64,000 nucleotides of DNA from the human T2T-CHM13v2.0 reference genome, Homo sapiens: the NCBI RefSeq assembly GCF_009914755.1, contig NC_060938.1. One strand, 5' to 3'. Made by a program: the position numbers and the translations under genes. The notes under the pieces are model-generated. The model searched no databases and was not told the origin of the DNA. It worked only from the letters and a program-made list of their open reading frames with translations. Below, piece by piece: positions 14,146 through 31,953 of this stretch (position 1 is the stretch's first letter; every line of letters begins with the position of its first letter).

Positions 14146-14276
14146 GGATTTTTCCAGGAAGGGAAATGAGAGGTTGTTTTTGAGACTTTCAGTTAATAAG
14201 GTATGGATAGATAGATTTTACTTTACCTAAGCCTGGTGAGAATAACTGTAAATTGAGCTTTCAAAATAAGAAAAGT

Positions 14277-14336
14277 TTTAATGCACGTTATTATGGCATG
14301 TGCTGTTTAATGCACGTTATTATGGCATGTGCTGTT
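14277..14336. repeat. Perfect 29-bp tandem duplication
   Basis: TTTAATGCACGTTATTATGGCATGTGCTG twice. Confidence 0.97.
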
Positions 14337-15025
14337 CTAGAACTGCTAAGCAATTTTCAATATGTGTAAATCCCAGTCTTGGTTCACTTATGGTAACATT
14401 ATGTTGTTGGATGATAGATTGAGGTCAGAAAGAAAGAACACTATCTCAGACCATTAGGTTGTGCCTTTTTACACCAACTTAGGTTGTCATTTTTAACTTT
14501 TCTTATGAGGAATACTATCAATATGAACCAGACACTACAGTTGTTGAAGTCCTTCTTGCATCTGAAATGCATTACTGGGCCACCTGAGATGAGAAATATG
14601 AGATTGTAGATTAAGACAGTTATGTGGTGTTTCCAGCCTTTTAACATTGAATATTGATGGATACCCAGTCAACTTTATTTGCAAAACATCACTTGGTCAT
14701 AATTATAGAATTTAAAAATGACCCATGTTAGTTTTGAGCAAAGCCAATGTGAAACCCAATATATACAATTTCAACTTTATGCATTAGAATAAATATTCAC
14801 TTTACATTTTGAATGATTAAAATAGAAGATTTGTTTGGAATGCATAATTAAAACTGTTTTCAAATACAAGTACTTCTATCTCTTGAAGGTTAAATGGTAT
14901 TATAAGATAAATGATCACTAATATGATAAAAAAATGGTAAAAAAAGATAAAGCGTATATTAATTGCAGTGACAAGTATACCCAACTCTGATGTTTCTTTG
15001 ATATCTTTTCTTTTAGATCCCGATT

Positions 15026-15324
15026 CTTTTTTTTTCTTTTTCCTTCGAGAGGGAGTTTCACTCTTGTTGCCTAGGCTGGAGTGCAATGGCACTATCTTGG
15101 CTTACTGAAACCTCCGCTTCCCAGGTTCAAGCGATTCTCCTGCCTCAGCCTCCCAAGTAGCTGGGATTATAGGCATTTGCCACCACGCCTGGCTAATTTT
15201 GTGTTTAATAGAGACGAGGTTTCACCATGTTGGTCAGGCTGGTCTCACTCCTGGTGTTAAGTGATCTGCCCACCTCAGCTTTCCAAATGCTGGGATTTAC
15301 AGGCATGAGCCACCGTCCCCGGCC
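15026..15324 (-). mobile_element. AluS (Sp/Sq-like), TSD ATCC(C/T)GATTCTTTT
   Basis: Full dimer; GTTTCACTCTTGTTGCC/GCAATGGC diagnostics. Confidence 0.95.
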
Positions 15325-15614
15325 AATCCTGATTCTTTTGAATTTGGATTTTGATTATATAATATGTGCAAATGCATGCATGTATGTATGTTGTATGTAA
15401 TCTCATTATGTTATTCTTGCGAACTTGTTTTTGTTACTAAATCCTATCATATGAGTTATAATTACAAAAAATCCCAAACAATAGTATCAAAACGAACCAA
15501 ACACAAATCAAAGCAAAAGAAGAAAAACACCCATTCTTCCAAAAGAACACACCCGTAGGGTTACTGAACATAATTTTAAAATCCTTTGGAAATGTTACCT
15601 ATTTTTTTTTTTGT

Positions 15615-16217
15615 GGGCGTTTTATTATTACTCAAATCAGTCTCCCTGAGCATTCCAGGATTAGAATTTTTAGAGTGAGTGGGGGGCCAGTGAGTTGGGT
15701 GTGCTGAATGGTTGGGTCAGAGATGAAATCATAAGGAGTCTCAGCTTTCCTCTGGTGGTGAATCAGTTACTGGGTGGGGGCCATAAGATCTGATGAGCCA
15801 GTTTATTGATCTGGCTGGTGCCAGCTGATCCATCAAGTGCAGGCCTGCAAAATATCTCAGGCACTGATCTTAGATTTTATAATAGTGATGTTATCCCCAG
15901 GAGCAATTTGGGGAGGGCCAGAATCTTGTAGCCTCCAGCTTCATGACTCCTAAACCATAATTTCTAATCATTTATATAATTAATTAATCTTACAAAGGCA
16001 GCCTAGTCCCCAGGCAAGAAGGGGGCTTTTTTGGGGGGGGAACGGGCTGTTGTCCTCTTTGTTTTAAACTATAAACTACAAACTAAGTTCCTCCCCAAGT
16101 TAGTTCAGTCGATGCCTAGGAATGAATAAGGACAGCTTGGAGGTCAGGAGCAAGATGGATTTGGTTAGGTCAGATCTCTTTCACTGTCTTGGTTATAATT
16201 TTGCAGCGGCAGTTTCA
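15615..16217 (-). mobile_element. LTR8-type ERV1 3' LTR
   Basis: Reverse complement starts TGAAACTGCCGCTGCAAAATTATAACCAAGACAGTGAAAGAGATCTGACCTAACC, matching recalled LTR8 5' end; polypurine tract adjacent at 16218-16232. Confidence 0.85.
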
Positions 16218-18484
16218 ATCCCTCCTTTTGGGTTTTGTTACGCCTTAATCTTATGGTGTGGGCTAATTAAGATGGATAAAGGACGAAGGCCACTCTAACT
16301 TCTTCCTGCTTACCAGGGGCATAGTGCGGTAGGTGTTAACCCCAAGGTAAGAGGAGTGGAATCGCTTTGTAGTTGTCTTGCATATACTCCGGCAGGCTGG
16401 GCTGGGGTTCCAAGGTTTGCATGGCAATGGTGTTAGTATTCTCATTTATAGTTTAAGTACAGCATTTAAGCAAACAGCGTACTACAAGGTAAATAATGAG
16501 TTCTAAAATTAGGAGTGTAGTTTCCAGTTTTAAAAGTAAAGATTTTAAAGCATTAGTTTGGGGACTTGTAGCCCACAAATAATTTAAGATTTAGTCCAAA
16601 TTGCAGAAAAAACCTCAGGAATAACTAACAGTTGTACTATAGTTTTTTCTGAAGCATAATTTTTCTCTCTCCAGTACCCATTTTTATTAAAAATAAATCA
16701 TAGTAAGTCAGATTTACTTGCAAAATAAGTTTTAGTCTTATTGTGGTCTGGCTGATTATTTGCATAAAGTGCAGTGGGAATAACTATTTGCCATGTAGGC
16801 TCTTTTATATATTGGCTTTGCTGAAACTTTGTTCTATAAGGAATGTCAGATTGTACTTTTTAAAGCCCCTTGAAGCCCAGCCATGGATTTATCTCTTTCA
16901 CTTTGCCTGAATTTTCCTCCTTTCAAGGTCCCAAGATAACTTGGGGCTCTTGGCTTGTCAGAAAGTGACATGCTTTACTTACCACAGATCAGGAATCCTG
17001 TACAGGGACTGCGTAGACAAGAGATGAGGCCAGCTTTCCTGAAGGTCTTTTATTGGCTTTATAAGTCAAATTTGATTCCTTAAAGCAGTCTGTTGAAATC
17101 TGAAAGCATGCCATTCCAGTCCAAGTCCTGGTAAAATAACCACTTTCTCTAATTGTGTTCTGTTATAAAAGAAAACAGATTCTCAATGCACTTATCCAAA
17201 TAACTATACTGCCATAAGTTGAGAATACTCACACACAGTTCTGGAGAAATCAGGTAGCGAGAAAGCAATGTGCTTCAAATTTTTCTCACAGGAGTTACAT
17301 TTTACTCAATTGCTAAAAGTTGTAGTAGCTCAAAAGGAAAAAAGTTTCTTGACTCTTAAAAACAAAAGAATTAGCAATGTTTAATACATTAGCTCCTTAT
17401 GAGAGTCCTAGAAGTTTGTTTTTTTCTTCTATTCCATTAGCATAATTTCTAAAATTATCAGAGACCTGCATTTATGAGTACTGTCAGAGTCCTATATCTG
17501 ATTATAAATTGCCTTTTGAAAAGGATCAAAGCAAGACAACAATTGTCTGTGGAAGACAAAAGTCTTAGGATAACTACTATTAAAGCCACAACTGACTAGA
17601 AATTTTGGTTACTTCTGTGGCATACAACAATTTTACATAACAATTATAATTATTAATAATGTATTCTAAGTCATGTCAGAATTATAGGAGTTTCCCATAA
17701 TTTTGGAACATATACCGATAACATATATTTATACAAATACAGCCTAAAGAAAGCCAAACACCATTTCATATTTGACAATGCTTCCTGTATAATTTTTATA
17801 CCAAATATGCCATTTTTGGACTTTAGGGGACCTAATATCTAAAAGGTCAATTTAGGTCAGAAAGAGACATAATTTATAATGTGATTTTGGAAAGTTTGTC
17901 AAATATCAAAGTGTAAAACACTGGCTATCACAAAATAAGATCACAGGTTACTCATTTAGCCAAAGTGGTGACTCAAAAAAATTTTTTTAAATGGCAAAAC
18001 CCCATATTCACTAATAGAGGAGAGAATCAGCTTTCTAAACAAGACCCAATAAAGACAGCATGAGATCACCTGAATCTGTATCTTTTCTCTCCCTTCTTCC
18101 TTTCTTCCTGCCATTAACCCAAAGGGACAAAAAAACCCTTTCATTATCTTTTAAATTATTACACAAAAATCTTGTTCAAAAGAGAAAGCCAAATTTCACC
18201 TTTGCGTTGGTGCACTATTAATGTTAAACCCAATTCTTAATAAAACCTTGTAAACAAATTTATATAATTTTTTTTTATTATTATACTTTAAGTTCTAGGG
18301 TAAATGTGCACAACGTGCAGGTACGTTACCTATGTATACATGTGCCATGTTGGTGTGCTGCACCCATTAACTCGTCATTTAGCATTAGGTATATCTCCTA
18401 ATGCTATCCCTTCCCCCTCCCCCCAGCCCACGACATGCCCCAGTGTGTGATGTTCCCCTTCCTGTGTCCAAGTGTTCTCATTGT

Positions 18485-22304
<3,820 letters not shown>

Positions 22305-22367
22305 TATGATGTTAGCTGGTTATTTTGCTCATTAATTGATGCAGTTTCTTTCTAGCATCAATGGTCT

Positions 22368-23382
22368 TTACAATTTGGCATGTTTTTGTAGTGGCTGGTA
22401 CCGGTTGTTCCTTTCCATGTTCAGTGCTTCTTTCAGGAGCTCTTGTTGGGCAGGCCTGGTGATGACAAAATCTCTCAGCATTTGCTTGTCTGTAAAGGAT
22501 TTTATTTCTCCTTCACTTATGAAGCTTAGTTTGGCTGGATATGAAATTCTGGGTTGAAAATTCTTTTCTTTAAGATTGTTGAATATTGGCCCCTACTCTC
22601 TTCTGGCTTGTAGAGTTTCTGGCGAGATATCTGCTGCTAGTCTGATGGGCTTCCCTTTGTGGGTAACCCAACCTTTCCCTCTGACTGCCCTTAATATTTT
22701 TTCCTTCATGTCAACTTTGGTGAATCTGACAATTATGTGTCTTGGAGTTGCTATTCTAGAGGGGTATCTTTGTGGTGTTCTCTGTATTTCCTGAATTTGA
22801 ATGTTGGCCTGCCTTACTAGGTTGGGGAAGTTCTCCTGGATAACATCCTGAAGTGTGTTTTCCAACTTGGTTCCATTCTCCCCGTCACTTTCAGGTACAC
22901 CAATCAGATGTAGATTTGGTCTTTTCACATAGTCCCATATTTCTTGGAGGCTTTGTTCGTTTCTTTTTACTCTTTTTTCTCTAAACTTCTCTTTTCGCTT
23001 CATTTCATTCATTTGATCTTCCATCGCTGATACCCTTTCTTCCAGTTGATTGATCGGCTACTGAAGCTTGTGCATCTGTTGCGTAGTTCTCATGCCATGG
23101 TTTTCAGCTCCATCGTGTCATTTAACATCTTCTCTACACTGGTTTTTCTAGGTAGCCATTTGTCTAATCTTTTTTCAAGTTTTTAGCTTGTTTGCAATGG
23201 GTTCAAACTTCCTCCTTTAGCTCGGAGAAATTTGATCATGTGAAGCCCTCTTTTCTCAACTCATCAAAGTCATTCTCCATCCAGCTTCGTTCTGTTGCTG
23301 GCGAGGAGCTGCCTTCCTTTGGAGGGAGAGAGGCACTCTGATTTTTAGAATTTTCAGCTTTTCTGCTCTCTTTTTTCCCCAT
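22368..23382 (-). pseudogene. L1 ORF1 (RNA-binding chaperone), disrupted
   Basis: ATGGGG start at 23382 (minus); fragment EQSLQEIWDYVKRPNL...TPRHIIVRFTKV at 22593-23024. Confidence 0.93.
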
Positions 23383-23957
23383 CTTTTTGGTTTTACCTAC
23401 CTTTGGTCTTTGATGATGGTGACGTCCAGATGAGGTATTGGTGTGGATGTCCTTTCTGTTTGTTAATTTTCCTTCTAACAGTCAGGACGCTCAGCTGCAG
23501 GTCTGTTGGAGTTTGCTGGAGGTCCACTCCCGACCCTGTTTGCCTGGGTATCAGCAGCGGAGGCTGCAGAACAGCAAATATTAATGAACAGCAAAGGTTG
23601 CTTCCTGATTGCTCCTCTGGAAGCTTCATCTCAGAGGGCTACCCGGCTGTGTGGGGTGTCAGTCTGCCCCTACTTAGGGGTGCCTCCCAGTTATGCTACT
23701 TGTGGGTCAGGGACCCACTTGAGGAGGCTGTCTGTCCTTTCTCAGATCTCAAACTCCGTGCTGGGAGAACCACTACTCTCTTCAAAGCTGTCAGACAGGG
23801 ACATTTAAGTCTGCAGAGGTTTCTGCTGCCTTTTGTTCAGCTATAACCTGCCTCTAGAGGTGGAGTCTACAGAGGCAGGGAGGCCTCCTTAAGCTGCAGT
23901 GGGCTCCACCCAGTTCGAGCTTCCCAGTGGCTTTGTTTGCCTACTCAAGCCTCAGCA

Positions 23958-24221
23958 ATGGCAGGCGCCCATCCTCCAGCCTCACTGCCACCTTGCAGTT
24001 CAATCTCAGACTGCTGTGCTAGCAATGAGCGAGGCTATGTGGGCATAGGACCCTCCGAGCCAGGCATGGGATATAATCTCCTGGTGTGCCGTTTGCTAAG
24101 ACCATTCAAAAAGCACAGTATTAGGGTGGGAGTGACCCGATTTTCCACTTGCTGTCTGTCACAGCTTCCCTTGGCTAGGAAAGGGAATTCCCTGACCCCT
24201 TGTGCTTCCCCGGTGAGGTGA
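23958..24221 (+). CDS. L1 antisense ORF0 homologue, open, 87 aa
   Basis: GCAATGG start; MAGAHPPASLPPCSSISDCCASNERG...IRVGVTRFS matches primate ORF0; expression not shown. Confidence 0.6.
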   Translation: MAGAHPPASLPPCSSISDCCASNERGYVGIGPSEPGMGYNLLVCRLLRPFKKHSIRVGVTRFSTCCLSQLPLARKGNSLTPCASPVR

Positions 24222-24370
24222 TGCCTCGTCTTGCTTCGGCTTACACTTGGTGGGCTGCACCCACTGTCCTGCCCCCACTGTCTGACAAGCCCCAGTGAGA
24301 TGAACCTGGTACCTCATTTGGAAATGCAGAAATCACCCGTCTTCTGTGTTGCTAACACTGGGAGCTGTAG

Positions 24371-24678
<308 letters not shown>

Positions 24679-25137
24679 CAAATTTATATAATCTTAATTA
24701 GCTTAACCATAAGGTAAAATTCTCATAGACTTTTTATAACCCCTTAAAATTTTTTATTAAAACAGTGGCAAGCTCATCCGAGGAGTCCTTGTGCCATTAC
24801 TCCACTGAGCAGAACAATGCTCTAAGAAGACTCTGTCATACTTTTATTACAGTGTTCAATTTATGGGATGTTATCTATTATTAAATCAGGGCAAGGGGTG
24901 ATTCAGAGTTGTTTTTTCTGTGATACTATGTGGATATGAGAGATCTCAATTAGAAACTTTTAGTTCTGAGACAGATTTATAGGCTGATGTTATGGGGAAG
25001 AAAGCATGACAGTGATAAAAAGTAGAGCATCAAGACAAGATATAAAGAGCAGTTATTGCCCATTTCCCAGTGGACTGGACCACAGGGTCTCTGAAGCTCT
25101 ACCACTATCACTTTTTTTGTGGTGGTTGTGGCAGGCA

Positions 25138-25227
25138 CTGCCTTGCACATTTGCTATATATATATATTTTTTTATTTATATTATATATATTTGCTGTATA
25201 TGTATATATAGCAAATGTGCAAGGCAG
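25138..25227. repeat. Inverted repeat, 25-bp perfect arms around AT-rich spacer
   Basis: CTGCCTTGCACATTTGCTATATATA (25138-25162) versus 25203-25227. Confidence 0.93.
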
Positions 25228-25369
25228 CCAGTGAGATATATATATAATACACACACACATTTAAATAAAATGCTAACTTCATCAAAGTGATCTTCCCTTT
25301 TTAATAGTTTAAAATCTTTTCTATCATTTTCTTAGATATAGGAGATCAGGAAAGATTGAGTTGCTGGGG

Positions 25370-25486
25370 GTTAAATAACGAGTTAATAGGTGCAGCACAC
25401 CAACATGGCACATGTATACATATGTAACTAACCTGCACGTTGTGCACATGTACCCTAAAACTTAAAGTATAATAATAATAATAAAA
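25370..25486 (+). mobile_element. Very short young L1 3' end (L1PA2-like) with 19-bp TSD
   Basis: GTAACTAACCTGCAC, CCCTAAAACTTAAAGTATAAT; perfect TSD AAAGATTGAGTTGCTGGGG at 25351 and 25487. Confidence 0.93.
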
Positions 25487-26002
25487 AAAGATTGAGTTGC
25501 TGGGGAAGCTATTTTTTTTTTTTCGCATTGACACAGATTTTCCCACTAAACACACCCATGTAAATGAGCAAATGTCCTAGGACTACTCTTACTTGGGTTC
25601 ATTGGTTACCTTGTAGTTATATTTTACACATAGAATAAACATGACAGTACTTCCTGATTTTGACCCTGCATTTAGAAATTTATGTCTAATTAATTGTTAG
25701 GTTCAAATAGAGAAATTAGTTTTGCCATGAGAGGATGGGTACAGTTGGAGTATTTGCTCAGTTCTGGACAGTTAGTGCTACTGCTTTTGATGGCTGTGAG
25801 CCATGATAATTATTGGTAGCAGAGAGCTGTGACAAGAGCAGATATTTATGATACCTATGCAGCATTGTATAGAATTACAATTATAGGTAAGGTCAAAAGG
25901 GGTTGGGATTATATGCCACCCTACATGTTTTTTTTATTTGTTTGTTTTCAGAGTTTCAACTCATCCCATTTGAAGAACCCCCAATCATCTTGGGTCAGTA
26001 GA

Positions 26003-26195
26003 GGGGCAGTGTGGTATATGGAAGAAAAAGATGGACTCTGTTTGAGTCTTGGCTTTATTTTTACCTTTCTGAGCCTCAATTCTTTACTTGAAAAATGAGG
26101 ATAAGTAATATTGTTTACTGCATCACAATGTAATCTGGATTAAATGTTATAATGTATATTTAAGTGCTTTTGTAAAATTGCTAAGAGCTATAAAA
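26003..26195 (+). mobile_element. MIR
   Basis: GGCAGTGTGGTATATGGAA head; CTTTCTGAGCCTCAATTC...AAAATGAGGATAA core. Confidence 0.7.
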
Positions 26196-27556
26196 ATGGC
26201 ACTAAATAAGTACTTCTACCCAGCCTCCCCTCCTTTATGCATTTATTTCTCCTGTTTATGTCAGTTCTAAGTAGTATAATGACCATGTTTGGGGATAAAG
26301 AGCTAGCCTAAAGTGAAACAAATTTATTTTGCTCTGTGGGAATTTGTGTATGCTTTCCTTAGCCTTTCTGTTTCTTTTAGATTGAGAGTTTGTGCAGATG
26401 AGATAAAATGATTTTCTTAGGAAGATGTTATTTGAATAGCTTTATACACAAAGTGTAGCAAACAACCAATATTATAAATTTGTTAGTTTAGCATATATAA
26501 CATATAACATGTAATGCACATCATCTAAAGGAGGGAAGAAAAAGAAATGATAAAATAATGAGCATTTATGGTGACAAAAGCAATTTGCTGGATTAATATT
26601 CAAGGCTGTTTGGCACCAGTTGGGCTGACCTTTCTATGGTGCATAAGGAAGAAACAGCAGGATAAGAATGAGCAAGGAAGCCATTTCACACATACACTGG
26701 TCTGTCTTCCTTGTCAGCTGTCCTAATGGCCACCCAGTTGTAGGCTTTTATCCAGTGCTTACAGACAGCTTATCATAACTTGTAGCTTGTTTCTTTAGGG
26801 CATTCTTTCCCATACCCTACAAGGTAATGGGCTATGCTACATGTGTTCTATCTGATAAAGTCTCCTTAACAAACTAAATTATTACGGACAGGTCCAGTAA
26901 TGCCCATATTAACAAAAAAATGCCATTTTGCACTTATGTATTCTATACATAGACATATAACTTTTACACCCTTATATTATATATATAGACACATGAATTT
27001 TTCAGCACTCCTAGGCATATGCCTTTATTTACAGACCTGGGGAAATAACAGCCATTACATTGTAAGTGGTCAAGGAGAGTGAACCCAAAACGTATATGTG
27101 AAGTTTTCTTCAGATCCTTCCATGAGAGGAAGCAAGTCGTGCTATCCTATTAATAATTAACACATTAATTATAAGGATGTCAGACAAATCAGATCACTTA
27201 TCTTCTCTCTTTTGCTGAAAATAATGTTAATAGAGCTTTGTATGTCTGAGTGTCAATATGGTGAATTTCCTTTGTTGATCTCTTCCCTGTTAACAGATTA
27301 GACTAGTGTTTTTCAAACATTTTGACTTGTGATCCATAGTAAGAATGCATTTTGTGTCATGACTCAACATATGTATACTTATATACAAATATATCACATG
27401 ATTAAAATAATTGATATCACAATCCACTAAACAGTTGTAAAGCATAGCTTGAAAACATTTTACTATTTGAAAACCAGTTAGCTGAGTTCTGGAGACTCTT
27501 TTTCTGAGGATCAATTACAACTACTTCAGAAAACAAGGCTAATGTGGGAATGGTGA

Positions 27557-27863
<307 letters not shown>

Positions 27864-28783
27864 TTGATTTCTTTCACTGTATATATATTTAAGATTTTTG
27901 AGGCTTGTCTTCTGGGATCAAGGAGTGTCATTGTGGCCTATTTGATAGATCAAAGAATAAGATAAAACATTGATAGAGTTAGAAACATTTTAGGACAAAG
28001 ATAGCAAGCTTTCCTGACAAAACGCCTTTTCCTCCTCCCTCTCCTCCTCTTTCCTTGTTAAATGGATATAGATGTATATTGAGACAGGGGAGGAATGGAT
28101 GAAAACTTATAACGTTATTGTAATATGGAGACTTAGAAGATCTTCATAAAAGCTTCTCTCTATGTCAGGGTGAGATCCTCTTTGATCTCCATAATGTAAA
28201 TGAATTATGATATGTTACCAATAAAATCTTAGAATCTGCCAGTCAAATTATCTCTGACTTAATTTATGTTACTCCAGGACCTTAGGAGCCATTGCTACTG
28301 GGGAGTGTTGTGTGGAGCAGGAGAGATGAATTCTTGTAGCCTCTATAAGGTCAATGATTTGTCTGTTCTATCTCTAAACTGCTATGGCATTTACTGTTTA
28401 TTCCAGACAATATAGTTCTTTGCTATACGCTGCTTTCTGATGATAATGTCAATTATTTCTTGCATGTGAATTGTGTCTCTTCTAGTGAATTTCTTGAGAA
28501 CGTCTTTTATTTACTCTTTGTATCCTTTGCATACCTCTAGGTAACTATTCAACTCCTCCCAAACAACAATTATTTTGTTTAGTGGAAGAGAAAGAATAAT
28601 ATTACATCCTTCTGTTCCATATTTAGGCCAATCAACTCACTTCAAGCATTGTACAGCCTCCTTCTAGATTGAACTGAGGCAGAAATGTCAATTACATTAA
28701 GTTTACTTTCAACACTCCTTAATTACTAAATTTATTCAAGTAATTCATTCCACAAATAATTAGTGAGACTTCTTATGTGTTAG

Positions 28784-29944
<1,161 letters not shown>

Positions 29945-30089
29945 TAAATCTACCCTCATTCTTTTCTTTACACCGTAGTATAAATAACAAATAATAAAGT
30001 GTTATCTCAAGACACATTTATGCTTTTTTGAACTAACGAGATTTCTTTAAACTAAAGGAAGAAATTTAATCAATAGCCAGAAATAGTGG

Positions 30090-30410
30090 CCAAGATTTAT
30101 TAAGCATTTATCACGTTCCATGCACTTCTTTAATCACTGCATGTGGATTAACTAATTTTCACAGTAGCACAATCATGTAGTCACTATTGTTATGTTAGCC
30201 TTATAGATGAGAAAACTAAAGCACAAAGAATTTAAGTAGCTTGTCTAAAGTGACTAGGCCCTTATATGGTGGAGCAAGGATTTGAAAGTAGGTAATTTGA
30301 ATGTGAATTGTGTCTCTTCTAGTGAGTTTCTTGAGAATGTCTTTTATTTAGTTTGGCTAAATAAATTTTGGCTTCACTATTCATGCTGTCAAATACAACC
30401 TTATGTTACC
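30090..30410 (-). mobile_element. MIR carrying a 50-bp templated insert
   Basis: TTATAGATGAGAAAACTAAAGCACAAAGA core, GGATTTGAA. Confidence 0.75.
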
Positions 30411-31154
30411 TATATTATCACTGAGTTATTTCTTTAGAAGGTTCATCATTCCAGGTCCATGAAATCATATATTGAAAATCATATATTGAGTAAAAACAAT
30501 TTCAGGCAGGCTCTATTTCCAACTCAAGGCAAGTCCTTTCACTGCATTGAAACCCACAATAGTACACCTGTCTTTGCTCCATGCCTTCTTCTAGCTGGGA
30601 GTTGAGACTCTGCTCTTTGTCAGAATTTATTTTTACATGCAGTTTGATTAAAAGAAAAATGGTTATATTATTCCTAGGGAAGTTTTTGTTGATTGGTGTG
30701 CCAATTATTAAGCCATTGTTTTCCACCTCGAAGTTGACCTTCTATAATTGGTAATACTGGGTCTGGGATTCTGCCAACTATTTGTTCTTGGCTAGTTTCC
30801 TGTTAGGATCTGCCAGGAGCAGTAGAGGGAGATTGGAAGGCAGGAGGTTAGAGAAGCGACGGCTCATTCCTGATTGTTTGCTATTACCATCAATGTCGTC
30901 CCAGCAATGCAACTTTATCTGGGTATCCAGGATATTATTTTGGGCACAAAATTTAAGGAGGCTAACCTTGCATTTGCAGGAGATGAGCAATTGGCTCCTT
31001 AAATTTTGTGTCCTAAGTGCCTCACTTGCACAACCCTCTAGTCCCTGCCATAAAAACTACTATTAAGAATTTGGTATGTTTCATAGTCTTTTGTAAAATG
31101 CACTTTTTATGTGGTTTTATTCATATTTTTGAACAACTGCATATTTAAAAAGAT

Positions 31155-31460
31155 TTTATTTATTTAAATTTATTATGAGACAAGAGTCTCACTCTGTCAT
31201 CCAAGTTGGAGTGCAGTGGCCTGATCATAGTTCAGTGCAGCCTTGACCTCTCAGGCTTAAATTACCCTCCCACTTCAGCCTCGTGAATATCTGGGACCAT
31301 AGGCATGCACCACCATACTGGCTAATTTTTTTGTTGTTGTTGTTAAGATGAAGTCTTTCTATGTTGCCCAGGCTGGTCTTAAACTCCTGGGCTCAAGTGA
31401 TCCACCTGCCTTGCTCTCCTAAAGTGTTGGGATTACAGGCATGAGCCACTGTGCCCAGCC
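31155..31460 (-). mobile_element. AluJ
   Basis: GATCATAGTTCAGTGCAGCCTTGACCTC, CTCCTGGGCTCAAGTGATCC. Confidence 0.9.
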
Positions 31461-31718
31461 TATTTTGTTTTTTTAAATTAATACATAATAATTGTATATT
31501 TATGGGGTACACATTGATATTGTACTACATGTAATGTATAGTGATCAGATCAAGTAATTAGCATCATCTCAAACATTTATCATTTCTTTAAGTTAGGAAT
31601 GTTTAATATTCTTCTTCTAGCTATTGGAAATTATATAACATATTAACTATAGTCATCCTACAGTGATATAGAACACTAGAACCTATTCCTCCTTTCTAGC
31701 TGTAATTTTGTTTTCTTT

Positions 31719-31953
31719 TTTGCTCACTGCAAGCTCCGCCTCCCGGGTTCACGCCATTCTCCTGCCTCAGCCTCCCGAGTAGCTGGGACTGCAGGAGCCC
31801 GCCACCAGGTATGGCTAATCTTTTTTTGTATTTTTAGTAGAGACGGGGTTTCACCGTGTTAGCCAGGATGGTCTCGATCTCCTGACCTTGTTATCTGCCC
31901 GCCTCGGCCTCCCAAAGTGTTGGGATTACAGGCATGAGCCACTGCGCCTGGCC
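31719..31953 (-). mobile_element. AluY-like lacking its 3' ~50 nt and tail
   Basis: Y diagnostics; TSD AATTTTGT(T/A)TTCTTT at 31704 and 31954. Confidence 0.9.

Noticed and set aside
24763-24808. Short GC-richer patch within ERV internal sequence, possibly a foreign insert
   Set aside because: Cannot verify against the consensus from memory; source not found in window
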